From positions 19,468,001 through 19,532,000 of the forward strand of contig JBHGNT010000008.1 in assembly GCA_043228905.1 (NCBI GenBank): DNA of 64,000 bases, given 5' to 3'. The notes under the pieces were generated by a model. The model saw nothing but the letters and a program-made list of their open reading frames with translations, did not search any database and was not told the DNA's origin. Below are positions 1-12,089 of the stretch, piece after piece; position 1 is the stretch's first letter; every line of letters starts with the position of its first letter. Origin of the DNA: Azolla caroliniana (lineage: Eukaryota > Plantae > Polypodiophyta). The position numbers and the translations under genes are program-made.

Positions 1-278
1 AACTCGTCCAAAAGAGTTAGGACTTAGTATATAAGCAATAACCTAACATTGTAAAGAGTGAGAACTTCTTGATCATCTTGTATAGCGATCTCAGAGAGAG
101 AGAGAGAGAACGAATGCAATAACAAAGACTCCATTAAAGCTTAAACCGTGTCTATCTTCTATTGTATCTTCTTACCTCCATTCTATGTAGTTTGTTGAGC
201 ACATACGACAGGTCCTCATATAACACACACATACATTTCCACGCATATTTGAACAAAAGAACCACTCTTGGTGTGACA
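1..278 (+). mobile_element. Possible 3' part of an LTR, cut by the window edge
   Basis: TATA-like TATATAAG near 28, a GA tract, and a GTGTGACA end at about 278. No partner LTR or TSD is visible. Confidence 0.3.
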
Positions 279-709
279 TCATATGATGTGAGGCACCGGA
301 GTTGACAAACCACACGTCTTCCTAGTTGGAGGTGCTTGTGGAGTCGAAGGCCGACATAGTCACATAGACTTCACTCTACATCTCATTACTAATAGTCCAC
401 CATAGTCGTCATATTCAGAGTTGGTGGCGTAGTTTGTGAGTTGTCGGTTTGTCAAAGCCGACTCACTTCTCTTTTTTCGGCACTCCTCTTCATGGTGGAT
501 GATTTTTCCGCAATAGTTGCAAGTCGTGGGCCTCGTTTGCTTACCTTGTTCGGCATGGAAGCTCCCCTTTCTTCCGAAGGTTCCTCAATGGCTTCCGTCT
601 TGTTGTCAAAGGTTTGAGTTCCCCTCGTGAGATGGGTCAAATCAACCTCTTCTACCACCATGAGCTCGTCCTCAGCCACCATCCAAATTCGAGAAGAACA
701 TTTGTCAAT

Positions 710-930
710 TGTGAGGAATAGCGCTCGGTCACAAACCGAATTTCAATCATTCAGTGGAAGAAACAAAAAATAGAAATAAGACGACACACAGTATTAATGT
801 GGAAAACCCAGATCGGAAAAAACCACGGGAGCCCATAGACTCCAACTATCACTATGAGAGGAATACAAACATGAGAATCAAAGGCAACAACTTCGAGCTC
901 TATCTCTTCGCCAACTGGCGGTTACAACAG

Positions 931-934
<4 letters not shown>
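710..934 (-). mobile_element. Copia-family LTR, R/U5 part (left piece of a split LTR)
   Basis: The reverse complement (CTCTGTTGTAACCGCC..GGCGAAGA..CATAGTGATAGTT..CCGTGGTTTTTTCC..GGGTTTTTCCAC) aligns by eye to the 3' half of the Copia LTR at 6378-7190. It ends CA at 710 with no PBS beyond it. Confidence 0.75.

Positions 935-995
<61 letters not shown>
935..995. repeat. (CT)n microsatellite
   Basis: About 30 perfect CT units at the 5' junction of the LINE. Confidence 0.98.
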
Positions 996-1000
<5 letters not shown>

Positions 1001-1575
1001 CTATCAAAGATAAGTGTATGGGCTGAAAAAAGTGGTAAGAGAGCTTATGGACAAGCTAGCTTTCGGAAACACCATAGCACCATTGATCACCTTATCACCC
1101 TTCGAGTATTAATGGAGGAAAGTCACCTTAGAGGTAAAAGTTTATATTGTTGCTTTGTAGACTTCAAGAAAGCTTTTGATATGGTACCTCGTGAGCATCT
1201 TTGGAGGCGAATGGAAGAACTTGAGGTGCCAAGTGAATATATGCTTGCAATTTCCCGAATTTATGAGAAGGTTATATGTTGTGTGCGCATGAGAGATAAA
1301 CTTTCAGATTTTTTCAAAAGCACTATTAGTGTTAAGCAAGGATGCCCACTCTCACCAACACTATTTGTTCTATGCATTGATGAATTGGAAGAAATGGTTA
1401 CCAAGTTTGCAAAGGAAGAATGTGTTGATTCAGAAGTTGCCATTGGGAATGTTGTGATTATGCTTTTGCTATATGCAGATGATTTAGTGCTTTTTGCAAA
1501 TACTTTAGGAGATGCACAAAAGCTTATGAAGGCATTGGAAAAATTTTGCATGCATACTAAATTAAGTGTCAATAG
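996..1575 (+). mobile_element. 5'-truncated RTE-group (RTEX-like) LINE, N-terminal part of RT
   Basis: RT motifs Q.SFR..HSTIDH, FVDFKKAFD, KQGCPLSPTLF and LLYADD. The frame is broken at 1576 by an LTR element and resumes after 17886. Confidence 0.9.
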
Positions 1576-2039
1576 TGTTAATCCTTAGGGCCAGACAACA
1601 GCCTAACACAAGGTGTCCACTTAAGACACTTCACCAAAGGGTGTTACGGCGAGATAACTTACGACACAACGCTTAATTGGACCTTAATCGATTACTTAGC
1701 AATACATCATTAACACGCGTAAGATATACAATAAGCACAGAACGGTGAACAATACTCAATGATTAGATAAAAGGTTTATATTACTCTCCGTTAATGACTA
1801 CATTATAACCAGGCCTTTATATAGGTAACCGGTGCGAAGTACAAAACGGTGTCAACCGGCACCTATTCGGGATCGGTCCGGATCCGGATCAGCATACCGA
1901 TTCCGGTCTGTCCGTCCACATCTTCTCATATATTAATCTATATATTAAGACTAGTAATTTCAACAGATTCCTAAATAACAATTCCCCTTTTCACACCCTG
2001 GTTTTTGCCGTCCTTAGCTCCTTTGTCGGCCGGGTAACA
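1576..2039 (-). repeat. Gypsy 3' LTR (464 bp)
   Basis: Direct repeat of 17425-17886, about 18 substitutions plus a 2-bp indel by eye (~4%). Confidence 0.95.
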
Positions 2040-2091
2040 CATGGCATGCCCGTGGGACAGTACCTTGTACGTCGAATCCCACAACGGCCCC

Positions 2092-4863
2092 TTACTGTTC
2101 GTACAAGATATCCAGGATGCTTTGCTCCAGGGTCTCCAGTGGTTCTATGAGAATCTGTTGTGGCTGTTGTTGTTGCTACGGCTGCTCTGGTTGTGGCTGG
2201 GGTTGCTTCTCCGTTTGTGGCTCCGACTCTGGCTGCGGCTCCAATGGTTGCTCTGGCACCGGCGTTTCCTTCGTTGTTTCCTCCGTCAGAGTTGTCTCTG
2301 GTTGACTTACCCCGGCCTGGTCTCCGTCTGGTCCTTGTACCGGTGACGGTTCCTCATCACTGAGGTTGACCATTGCCGCCTGCCTTGCTTTTTCTTCCCT
2401 AAGCCGGGACTGCTCATAGCTCTCAAACTGGATTTGAGCATCCATCTGATCGTCGTCCAGTTGAGCTATGAGTTGCCGGACCTACACCAATTGCTCATCT
2501 GCCACAGCTGTGAAATCTTCTGCTAGCTCATGTCCTTTATGGCGGTGAAGTCCTCCGATGTGAGCATGTAACAGTCGTCACCTTCCTTCCGCCGGTTTTC
2601 GGCGTCCGCCCTGAGCAACTGGAGTTTAGCCAAATTCTACGCCCATTTCTTCCACCATCGCACGGAGCTCTCGTCAATCAAGCGTTTGGTCTTGTTTAGC
2701 CATGCCCGGAGGATGCACTGGATCCGTTCCATTCCCATCTATGATTTGTTCTCCGCGGCTTGTCGCTCCTCTTTCAATTGCTTGATGATTCTGACCGTGT
2801 CCGCCTCCTGCTCCCTATAATGCGACAATTGACTTTGATAGATTGTTTGCAACCTCTGTGACACCATTGTCGCCCTCTCCCTTTCTTCATTGTGCTGCTT
2901 GTGGAGCTCCATCCGGTCCCTCGCCGCTTCCTCCAATAGCTTTGTATTCTCAGCCCATTCGTCGACGAGTGCTGTTCTGGCCCTATCAGCTTCTTGCCGG
3001 AGCTCGGCCATCCTTTCCTGTTGTTGCTTATACTCTGTGTCCAAACTCTTAAAGTTCCGGTGCAAGTGGTCGAAGTTCTCATTCTTCTACTTCAACTTCT
3101 GGTTGATTTGCTGGCGAGCGCAGTCTTCCCAGTCCTTTTGTTGACGGAGTTCTTCTTTCAACCTTTCGATTTCCGTTTCCACCATCCGTCGCAGCAATTT
3201 TTCTTTTTCCTCCTTTAGCCGGTTGTAAGCTTGATGCCCTTTCCGCAGATTTTCTTCTGCCCGGCGGAGGTTTTCAGCAGTCTTCCTTAACTCCTCTTCT
3301 GCCGCTTTCTTCAAATCTCGTTCACGACTCCGTAGTGCTTCTTGTGCGGCAAGTTCGTCCCTTAATTCAGCAAGCTCTTGGGCTTGTGCCGCATCTTTCT
3401 CCGGGACGGTTTCTGTCTCTTGGGTCTTATTCGTATGTACAGGCGTGGTTGTTTCTTTATTTTGTACATCCAAGGGAGTCACCGATGCTTGGATCTGTGT
3501 TGCGGTTAAGGCCATTTTGGCCATGTCTTCTGTGACCTAATCCAAGTCTTGTTCAAGGCACCGGATCCTTGACCAAGCCGTCTCTAGTTCATCGGTTGTG
3601 ACTAGCAACCGTTACATCTGCGCTCGTTCTTCCGTCTCTACATACAGTATCACTCCGGCAACCGGCTTTCCTATCCACCGGAGCCATTGGCTGCCAGTAC
3701 CCTCTTGTTGCGTCTGCACGGAGGGTTGGCTGATGGGTTCACTTGCCAATGGCCGGTCCCGCCTAACTGCATCGAGTTGCACTTCCTGCTCTACCTGCTA
3801 ACCACTTTGCCGTTCAGGTTCCGGTTGTGTTTCGGCTTGTTCTTGGCCGGCTGAGGAAGGTGGCACATGACTTACCGACGCTTGCGTTTCGGGGCTTGCC
3901 GGTATTGCCTGTTGTGCAGGGGCTTCTGAGACCGGCTCCATCCGAACCGGTTCCGGTTCCTCCCTTGGCGTGGGATTCTCAGTTTGGGGTAAAGGCGTTC
4001 CATCCTTCTATGGGTTCGAACGCTTCCTGGCTGATTCTGCGGTGCCCCGTAGGTTCCTCTGTTTCCTCCTCCTGAGTCTCGGCATTCATTCTTGCCGCCA
4101 GGGTGTCCGTTTCTTGCTGCATCAGTCGGCGGAGTGTGCTCTTCAAGGGCCGTGCCGGTGTCTCCTCCTGCGTGTCCGTCGGCTGCTTCCAGATGGCGTG
4201 CTCCTTCGCCGCCTGCTCCGTGTTGGTTGTTTTCCCCTTAGTGGTCTTGGTGGCCAACAGCTACTGTCGTTTTGAAGCAGCTTTCGGGGTGTCGTCCGTT
4301 GCTCTTCCCTGCTTCTTGGTCTGGACGGGCTCGACAGGTGGCGCCAATAGGGTGAGCCATTGCGCCACTGCATGCCATATTTTGTGGCCTTCTTTGGCTT
4401 CCTTACCTCTTACGGTGTCGATAGCCGCACACAATCCGTCGGCGATCAGCACCGGCCAATCCACCTTGACCCCTTCGTATGTTGCAATGATCAAGCCTGC
4501 TCGGTTCTGAGGCATGACGGGGGGTCGAGGGTATACGTGGCCGAACTCATGGAGTACACGGGCAATTTCTCATAATAACATATCTTCTCCGCCCTGTGTC
4601 TTGTAGCCCTTGCTGGCCAAAGAATACTCGCCGAAGTATTTGATGAGCTATTCGGAGGTAGGGTTGTCAATCGTATAGATGCCCCCCTCCGGAAGGCCTG
4701 TTAGTGCACGAATCGCTTCCTCCGTGATCAACTTGGTGTCAATTTCTTTCATGATCTTGTCGGCTTCTCTGTGTGGTGGTGCTTCCATGATTGTGAGGAA
4801 CCCCTCCAATCCGTGTTGTCGTAACCATTTCTTGGCGGCCTCATAGAGAGTCTAGCAGTCCAT
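2092..4863 (-). pseudogene. Extra (env-position) ORF of the Gypsy element, ~920 codons, disrupted
   Basis: ATG at 4863 is in frame with ORFs 4261-4515 and 3979-4257. After a frameshift it continues through 3087-3524 and 2739-3065, and after a second frameshift through 2176-2445 to TAA at 2092. It has an N-terminal globular part, then an E/R/Q-rich coiled coil and a P/Q/E tail. Confidence 0.75.
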
Positions 4864-5224
4864 GTCTGCGTCGAGGTCGGGCAGCGTTGGTGAGAGTTGT
4901 GTATGAGGAAGCTCTGTGTGAGGAAGCTCTGTGTGTGTTGGCTCTGTTCTGATGATCTTCAAGCGCCTGTGTGCGTCTGTGCTCCTTGGTTTCTCTCTGC
5001 ATCTTGGCGCCTTTTTCGAGCCTACGCATGTGCAGGTCGTGTACTATAATAGCATTATGTGCCATGTGGCGATGGTTTAATGCCCTATTCATAGCCCCCT
5101 CGTACCTTTTCGAAGTGCCTCTTTACTCCTCGTTTGCATGGCCGTTCCCACCACTCCTTTGCATGATTTCTTTGCTTCGTTTCGTTTCTTTTTTCTTTTT
5201 CTTTTTTTATTATCAATTGTTAGG

Positions 5225-5918
5225 TTAATTCGCCTCCAGTCCTATCGGACCCTTACCCGAATGAGGAATCTTGTCGGCCTCGTGACGGTTTGCCGTCCTC
5301 TTATCCAACCCGTCTACCGGCTCTTTGTCCCCCTTATCGGCTTCATTGTTGCCGATTGCTAATCGGGTTGCCGTTGTTTCCGGTATTCCGGTATCTGGTT
5401 CGGCATCGACCTTTCCTTGTTCAAATGGGTTCCTCGGCATGGGTCCCTTGTATGGCTTTAGTCGCAATCCGTTGACCCACTTACCCAGGACTTCGCCAAC
5501 AAGTGTCCCTAATTGGTAGGATCCATTGAACTCGCGTGTGATCCAGTACGGTCCGGTCCACCGAAACCGTAGTTTCCCCGGCATCTTTCCCATCCAGGTC
5601 TGGAACACTAGTACCGGCTTGCCGATTCCAAACATCTTTTCATTTCCTATTCGGTGGCGATCCACAAACGCCTTTCATCGCCGCTACTCCAGTTCCAGGT
5701 GCATGATACTCGCTAGTCAGTGTTCTTCTAGTTCACATAGAGGCGCTAACCGAATTGCCTCCGATTCCTTCTCGTTTAACTGTTCCCTAATCTGAATCCA
5801 TAAGCTCGGGACCTGGAACTCTACCGGCATGACGGCCTCCAATCTGAATGCTAGCTGGAACGGTGTGGTTTGGATGCTTGTTTTGTGGGCTGTCCGGTAA
5901 GCCCAGAGTGCGTTGTGC
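5225..5918 (-). pseudogene. Gypsy integrase, C-terminal part
   Basis: HNALWAYRTAHKT..TPFQL and the GPY/F motif GKLRFRWTGPY..WVNGLRLKPY. No chromodomain. Confidence 0.9.
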
Positions 5919-6377
5919 CGGCTGATGTGGATACCAGCCGGTCTACATCCGGGTATGTAATGACATATGCAGGGGGAGCTGTTTCATGGCAGTCGAGGCT
6001 GCAGAAGACGGTTGCATTGTCAACCACAGAGACGGAGTACATGGCGGTTGTGGAAGCCGGCAAGGAAATCTTATGGATGAAGGACTTCATCGGAGAGCTC
6101 GGTATCCGGCAAGATGAATACCGAATCTATTGCGACAGTCAAAGTGCCATCCACCTTGCTAAGAATGCGGCCTACCATTCCCGAACGAAGCATATCCAGC
6201 GGAGGTATCACTGGATCCGGGAAAGAGTAGATGACCAGGAGTTCGCGCTGATGAAGATCCACACGACCGAGAATGGGTCAGATATGCTGACCAAAGTGCT
6301 GATACCCGACAAGCTGGATGCATGACAGAAGAGAATCGGACTGGTAAGACACCCCATGCCGAAGTGAAGGGGGAGTC
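5919..6377 (+). mobile_element. Truncated upstream Copia copy (RNase H + PPT) sharing the LTR at 6378
   Basis: Near-identical to 10818-11276 (ADVDTSRSTSGY..SWQSRLQ..CDSQSAI..RTKHI). Ends in PPT GAAGGGGGAG directly before the LTR. Confidence 0.92.
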
Positions 6378-7190
6378 TGTTGGGAGACAGGTCCCTCCGA
6401 ATGGGAAGGGAGAAGAACAGTGCCGATGAACAAACTCAGCCGAGGCCGAAACCGTATGAGGAGGACCCGGCTACGGAGAGCCGGATGGTGCAGACCCGGT
6501 ATGAACCGGATGAGGAGTACCCGGCTACGGAGAGCCGGATGGTGCAGACCCGGTGAAGACCGGATGAGGAGTACCCGGCTACGGAGAGCCGGATGATACA
6601 GACCCGGTGAAGACCGGATGAGGAGTACCCGGCTACGGAGAGCCGGATGATACAGACCCGGTGAAGACCGGATGAGGAGTACCCGGCTACGGAGAACCGG
6701 ATGGTGCAGACCCGGTGAGAACCGGATGAAGAGACATATTCGTAAATATGTTTCTGAGAGTCCATCGAGGCTATATTTGTAAATAGCCGAAAAGTCATAT
6801 TAGTATAAATATGACTTAGGGCAAACTTTTAATGACTGTTGTTGTGGTTGTCATTTCTTGTTGGTGCAAGAAAAGAGAGTGTGCGTAACTGTACAGAGAG
6901 TGAGAGAGAGAAAGAGATCGTTGCCTCTGTTGTAACCGCCGCCTGTGGCGAAGATCGTGAGCATGAGGTCGTTGCCTCCGTGAACTCACTGTTTGTACAT
7001 TCCAACATAGTGATAGTTTGCAGCCTGTGGGCTGCCGTGGTTTTTTCCCCTAGTTTGGGGTTTTCCACGTAAACATCCTGTGTACCTTTTCTCCCCTTTT
7101 GTGTCGTGCATTTACTTCCCGTTTTCTGTGTATGATTCTAAGCTCGGTTGTGGCCGAGCGTTGAGCATAAGGAACGACAAGTTCCCGTCA
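6378..7190 (+). repeat. Copia LTR with an internal 54-bp tandem repeat
   Basis: TGTTGGGA...TCCCGTCA. About 5 copies of a 54-bp unit at ~6455-6730 (anchors 6558, 6612, 6666). Confidence 0.95.
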
Positions 7191-7219
7191 AGTGGTATCA
7201 GAGCGAAACGACACAGAAA

Positions 7220-10200
7220 ATGGACGAATCGTTGGGCGGCATGTTCAAGCTCACCGGCTCCAACTATTCAGTGTGGAAGTCGAAGATGAGGGATATGCTC
7301 ATGGTAAAAGATCTTTGGCTGCCGGTTCAGTTTGGGGACAAGAGACCGGACAAAATCGATGCCACGATATGGGAGGTGATGCACATGAAGACAACGGCGT
7401 ACATACGGTGCCTCATCGACATGAGCCTGTACAACAACTTCAATGAAGAGAGCAAGGCTCATGAGCTCTGGGAGAAGATCGGCATAATGTTTCAAAACAA
7501 AAATGATGTTAATCAGGTTTCGGTATTCCGGAAGCTAGTAAGACTACGGTACCAAGATGGCTCCAGCATGGCGGAGCACATGAATGACTTCCAGGGGCTG
7601 ATCCACCAGGCAACTCCATTGGAAGTACCTCTCGCTGATGAGGTACTAGCGCTACTCCTGCTCAGTTCCCTCTCGGATAGCTGGGAGACGTTGGTTGTCA
7701 CTTTGGGCAACCCCGGGCCGGAAGGAAAACGGTTATCCCTAGCAAGAGTAAAGTCGAGCTTGCTAGATGACGAGGCGCGTCGGAAAGATAAAGATATGAG
7801 CTCCGACTCCAAAGCGCTCCTTACCAAATCGGAACGCGGAAGACATAGAAACCGTAGTCCCCAGAACCGGGAGAAGTCGGGGACACGGTCAAAGTCAAGG
7901 GGGAGGCCCACTTGCTTCTATTGCGGCAAGCCGGGACACTTCCAAAAGAACTGTCGGCATTTCCGAAAAGATAAGGAGACCGACAATACCGATTCGAAGC
8001 GGACCCCAGACCGGAACGGTAAAGACCGGAGGGGGCCGGACCGGAAGGGAACGACGGCAATCGTGGCAAGTGAAGAAGAGTTGATGCTCATCACCGAGGA
8101 GAGTGAGATAAACCTTGCCGCCGACGAGATGACCTGGGTGGTAGACTCCAGAGCATCGTTCCACCTTACCCCGGACCAGAAATGCTTCTCATCCTACTCA
8201 ACCGGTGATCACGGCTGTGTCCGGATGGGGAATGAAGGTACATGCCGAATTGTCGGCATAGGAGACGTGTGGCTGTCAACACCAACCGGATGCAAGTTGC
8301 TGTTGAAGGATGTCCGACACGTTCCGAAGGTTCGACTGAACCTGATATCAGCCGGTCGGCTAGATGATGAGGGCTACACGAGTAGCATCCGGAACGGTGT
8401 CATGAAGTTCAGCAAAGGGAGCCTGATTGTGGCTAGAGCCCGGAAGGTCAACACCCTGTACCTGATGAATGCCCGGTTATGTCTGGAAGAAGTGAACCTG
8501 GTATCCGACACTGCCGGTGAGTTGTGGCACAAGAGGTTGTGTCATATGAGCGAGAAGGGGATGAAGAGGCTTGCAGACGACAACCTCATTCCAGTGAAGA
8601 ACGTGCACTTGGAGAAGTGCACTGATTGTCTGGCCGGTAAGCAAAACCAGACCTCCTTCCGACCAAGGCCACCGATGAGACGTAATGCACCACTGGAGTT
8701 GGTGCATACGGATGTGTGTCAAGTAGACACGAAGTCACATGCCGGAGCGCAGTACTTCATGACGTTCATAGATAACCACAGCCGGAATCTGTGGGCCACA
8801 CCGTTGAAGACGAAGGATCAGGTGTTATCCGTCTTCAAAGAGCTCCACGCAAGAGTGGAAAGAGAAACCAGCCGGAAGCTGAAGGCGGTTCGAGCAGATA
8901 ACGGAGGTGAATACCGGGGGCAATTCGAGGAGTACTGCCGCTCGAAGGGAATCCGGCTTGAATTTACCGTGCCGAAGACGCCGGAACTAAACGGACTGGC
9001 CGAGAGGATGAACCGGACCATAATGGAGAGGGTCCGGAATATGCTAGCGCATGCAAAACTACCCAAGAAGTTTTGGGCTGAGGCACTATCGACGACAACA
9101 TATGTGATAAATAGATCACCCTCAGTACCCTTGGACGGAGACACACCACAGAGAGTGTGGACCGGTAAAGAAGTGTCCTACCGGCACCTGAAGGTATTCG
9201 GGTGTCTCGCGTACGTGCATGTAGCTAAGGACCGGAGAGGAAAGTTAGATCCAAAGACCTGGCCATGCATATTCCTCGGTTACGGTGACAATGAGTTCAG
9301 CTACCGAGTGTGGGACCTGGTCGACAAGAAGGGATTCCGGAGTCGAGATATTATCTTCATGGAGGACAAGACACTCGCCGACTGGGAGTCGGAGAAGAAG
9401 ATAATGAACTCCGAGTCGACCGGTAAGGATAGACTCTACGATGAGCAGACCCAACCGACAAGAGACCGGCTAGCACTCGAGGAACCAGCCGGTTACGATG
9501 AGGATACCGAACCGGCAGAAGAAGAAGTAGAGGAAGCTGAGACCGGAACCGGCCAAGACCCCGAATCGGATTCAGATGAAGAGCAAATGGAGGAACCGGT
9601 TACCGAAGCCCGAAGACGGAGATATCCTCTCAGAGAGAGAAGGGCCCCCCGGAGATTTCCGGATGCAGAGCATGTTCTGTTGACCAATGAGGGGGAGCCG
9701 GAAATCTTCGAAGAAGCGAAGGAAGACACCCACAGCCGAAAATGGTTAAGTGCCATGCAAGATGAGATGGATTCCCTGCATGAGAACCATACGTACGAAT
9801 TGATGGAGTTGCCGAAAGGAAATAAGGCACTCCGAAACAAGTGGGTGTACAAGTTGAAACCGGGAGATGTCGGCAACCCCCCGAGATACAAAGCCAGGAT
9901 CGTGGTGAAGGGGTTCCAGCAGAAGAAGGGCGTGGACTTCGACGAGATATTTGCCCCGGTAGTAAAGATGACCTCCATCCGGACGGTGCTGAGTATAGCG
10001 GCAAGCATGGACCTTGAGGTAGAGCAGTTAGACGTGAAGACGGCATTCCTTCACAGTGACCTCGAAGAAGAGATCTACATGCAGCAACCGGAAGGATTCG
10101 TGGAGAAAGGGAAGGAGCACCTGGTTTGCCGGTTGAAGAAGAGCCTCTACGGGTTAAAGCAGGCCCCCCGGCAATGGTACCGGAAGTTCGACTCCTTCAT

Positions 10201-11266
10201 GACCGATCAAGGGTACCACAAGACGCAGGCCGATCACTGCGTGTTTGTGAAGAAGTTTGAAGGAGGCGACTTCCTGATACTCCTTCTTTACGTGGATGAC
10301 ATGTTGATTGTCGGACGTGACCAAGTCAAAATACGAATGTTGAAGAAGGCTCTCAACCAGACCTTCTCAATGAAAGACTTGGGTCCGGCAAGACAGATGC
10401 TGGGGATGCACATCATTCGGGACCGGTCAACAAAGCAATTATGGCTGTCACAGGAGAAGTACGTGACAAAGGTGCTTCACCGGTTCAACAAGTCTGATGC
10501 GAAACCGGTCGGATCGACACTTCCGGCAAACTACAAGCTATCCGGTAAGCAAAGCCCGAAGACGAGAGCAGAGAAGGCGGATATGATGAAGATTCCATAT
10601 GCCTCTGTCGTCGGGAGCTTGATGTACGCAATGGTTTGTACCCGACCGAACATAGGATACGCAGTCGGAGTGGTGAGCCGGTTTATGAGCAATCCTGGCA
10701 AGGAGCACTGGAACGCGGTCAAATGGACACTCCGGTATTTGAAGGGCACTTCAAATATGTGACTCCGATTCGGCTCCGGAAAACCTCAATTTGACGGTTT
10801 CACTGATTCGGACATGTCGGCTGACGTGGATACCAGCCGGTCTACATCCGGATATGTAATGACATATGCAGGGGGAGTTGTTTCGTGGCAATCGAGGCTG
10901 CAGAAGACGGTTGCATTGTCAACCACAGAGGCGGAGTACATGGCGGTTGTGGAAGCCGGCAAGGAAATCTTATGGATGAAGGACTTCATCGAAGAGCTCG
11001 GTATCCGGCAAGATGAATACCGACTCTATTGCGACAGTCAAAGTGCCATCCACCTTGCTAAGAATGCGGCCTACCATTCCCGAACGAAGCATATCCAGCG
11101 GAGGTATCACTGGATCCGGGAAAGAGTAGATGACCAGGAGTTCGCGCTGATGAAGATCCACACGACCGAGAACGAGTCAGATATGCTGACCAAAGTGCTG
11201 ATACCCGACAAGCTGGATGCATGCCAGAAGAGAATCGGACTGGTAAGACACCCCATGCTGAAGTGA
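7220..11266 (+). pseudogene. Copia gag-pol polyprotein with one in-frame stop (10760-10762)
   Basis: CFYCGKPGHFQKNC knuckle, WVVDSRAS (DSG altered), GAG-pre-integrase WHKRLCH, integrase HTD/ADNGGE/AERMN, RT LYVDD, RNase H. The frame continues after the TGA. Confidence 0.95.
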
Positions 11267-11276
11267 AGGGGAAGTC

Positions 11277-12089
11277 TGTTGGGAGACAGGTCCCTCCGGA
11301 TGGGAAGGGAGAAGAACAGTGCCGATGAACAAACTCGGCCGAGGCCGAAACCGTATGAGGAGGACCCGGCTACGGAGAGCCGGATGGTGCAGACCCGGTA
11401 TGAACCGGATGAGGAGTACCCGGCTACGGAGAGCCGGATGGTGCAGACCCGGTGAAGACCGGATGAGGAGTACCCGGCTACGGAGAGCCGGATGATACAG
11501 ACCCGGTGAAGACCGGATGAGGAGTACCCGGCTACGGAGAGCCGGATGATACAGACCCGGTGAAGACCAGATGAGGAGTACCCGGCTACGGAGAACCGGA
11601 TGGTGCAGACCCGGTGAGAACCGGATGAATAGACATATTCGTAAATATGTTTCTGAGAGTCCATCGAGGCTATATTTGTAAATAGCCGAAAAGTCATATT
11701 AGTATAAATAGGACTTAGGGCAAACTTTTAATGACTGTTGTTGTGGTTGTCATTTCTTGTTGGTGCAAGACAAGAGAGTGTGCGTAACTGTACAGAGAGT
11801 GTAAGAGAGAAAGAGGTCGCTGCCTCTGTTGTAACCGCCGCCTGTGGCGAAGATCATGAGCACAAGGTCATTGCCTCCGTGAACTCACTGTTTGTACATT
11901 CCAACATAGTGATAGTTTGCAGCTTGTGGGCTGTCGTGGTTTTTTCCCGTAGTTTGGGGTTTTCCACGTAAACATCCTGTGTACCTTTTCTCCCCTTTTG
12001 TGTCGTGCATTTACTTCCCGTTTTCTGTGTATGATTCTAAGCTCGGTTGTGGCCGAGCGTTGAGCATAAGGAACGACTAGTTCCCGTCA
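11277..12089 (+). repeat. Copia 3' LTR
   Basis: Direct repeat of 6378-7190. Confidence 0.95.

Larger units (their letters stand above)
6378..12089 (+). mobile_element. Ty1/Copia LTR retrotransposon inserted in the Gypsy integrase
   Basis: 813-bp LTRs at 6378-7190 and 11277-12089 (~18 mismatches). tRNA-iMet PBS TGGTATCAGAGC at 7193-7204, PPT before 11277, domain order gag-PR-INT-RT-RH. Confidence 0.97.

Noticed and set aside
279-709. 76-aa ORF at 452-682
   Set aside because: No recognisable domain. Probably a decayed TE interior.
754-999. 81-aa ORF ending in (LS)n
   Set aside because: Antisense LTR sequence plus the CT repeat.
10760-10762. Programmed stop read-through in Copia pol (also at 27566)
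   Set aside because: The stops fall at different positions inside conserved pol domains, so point mutations are the simpler explanation.
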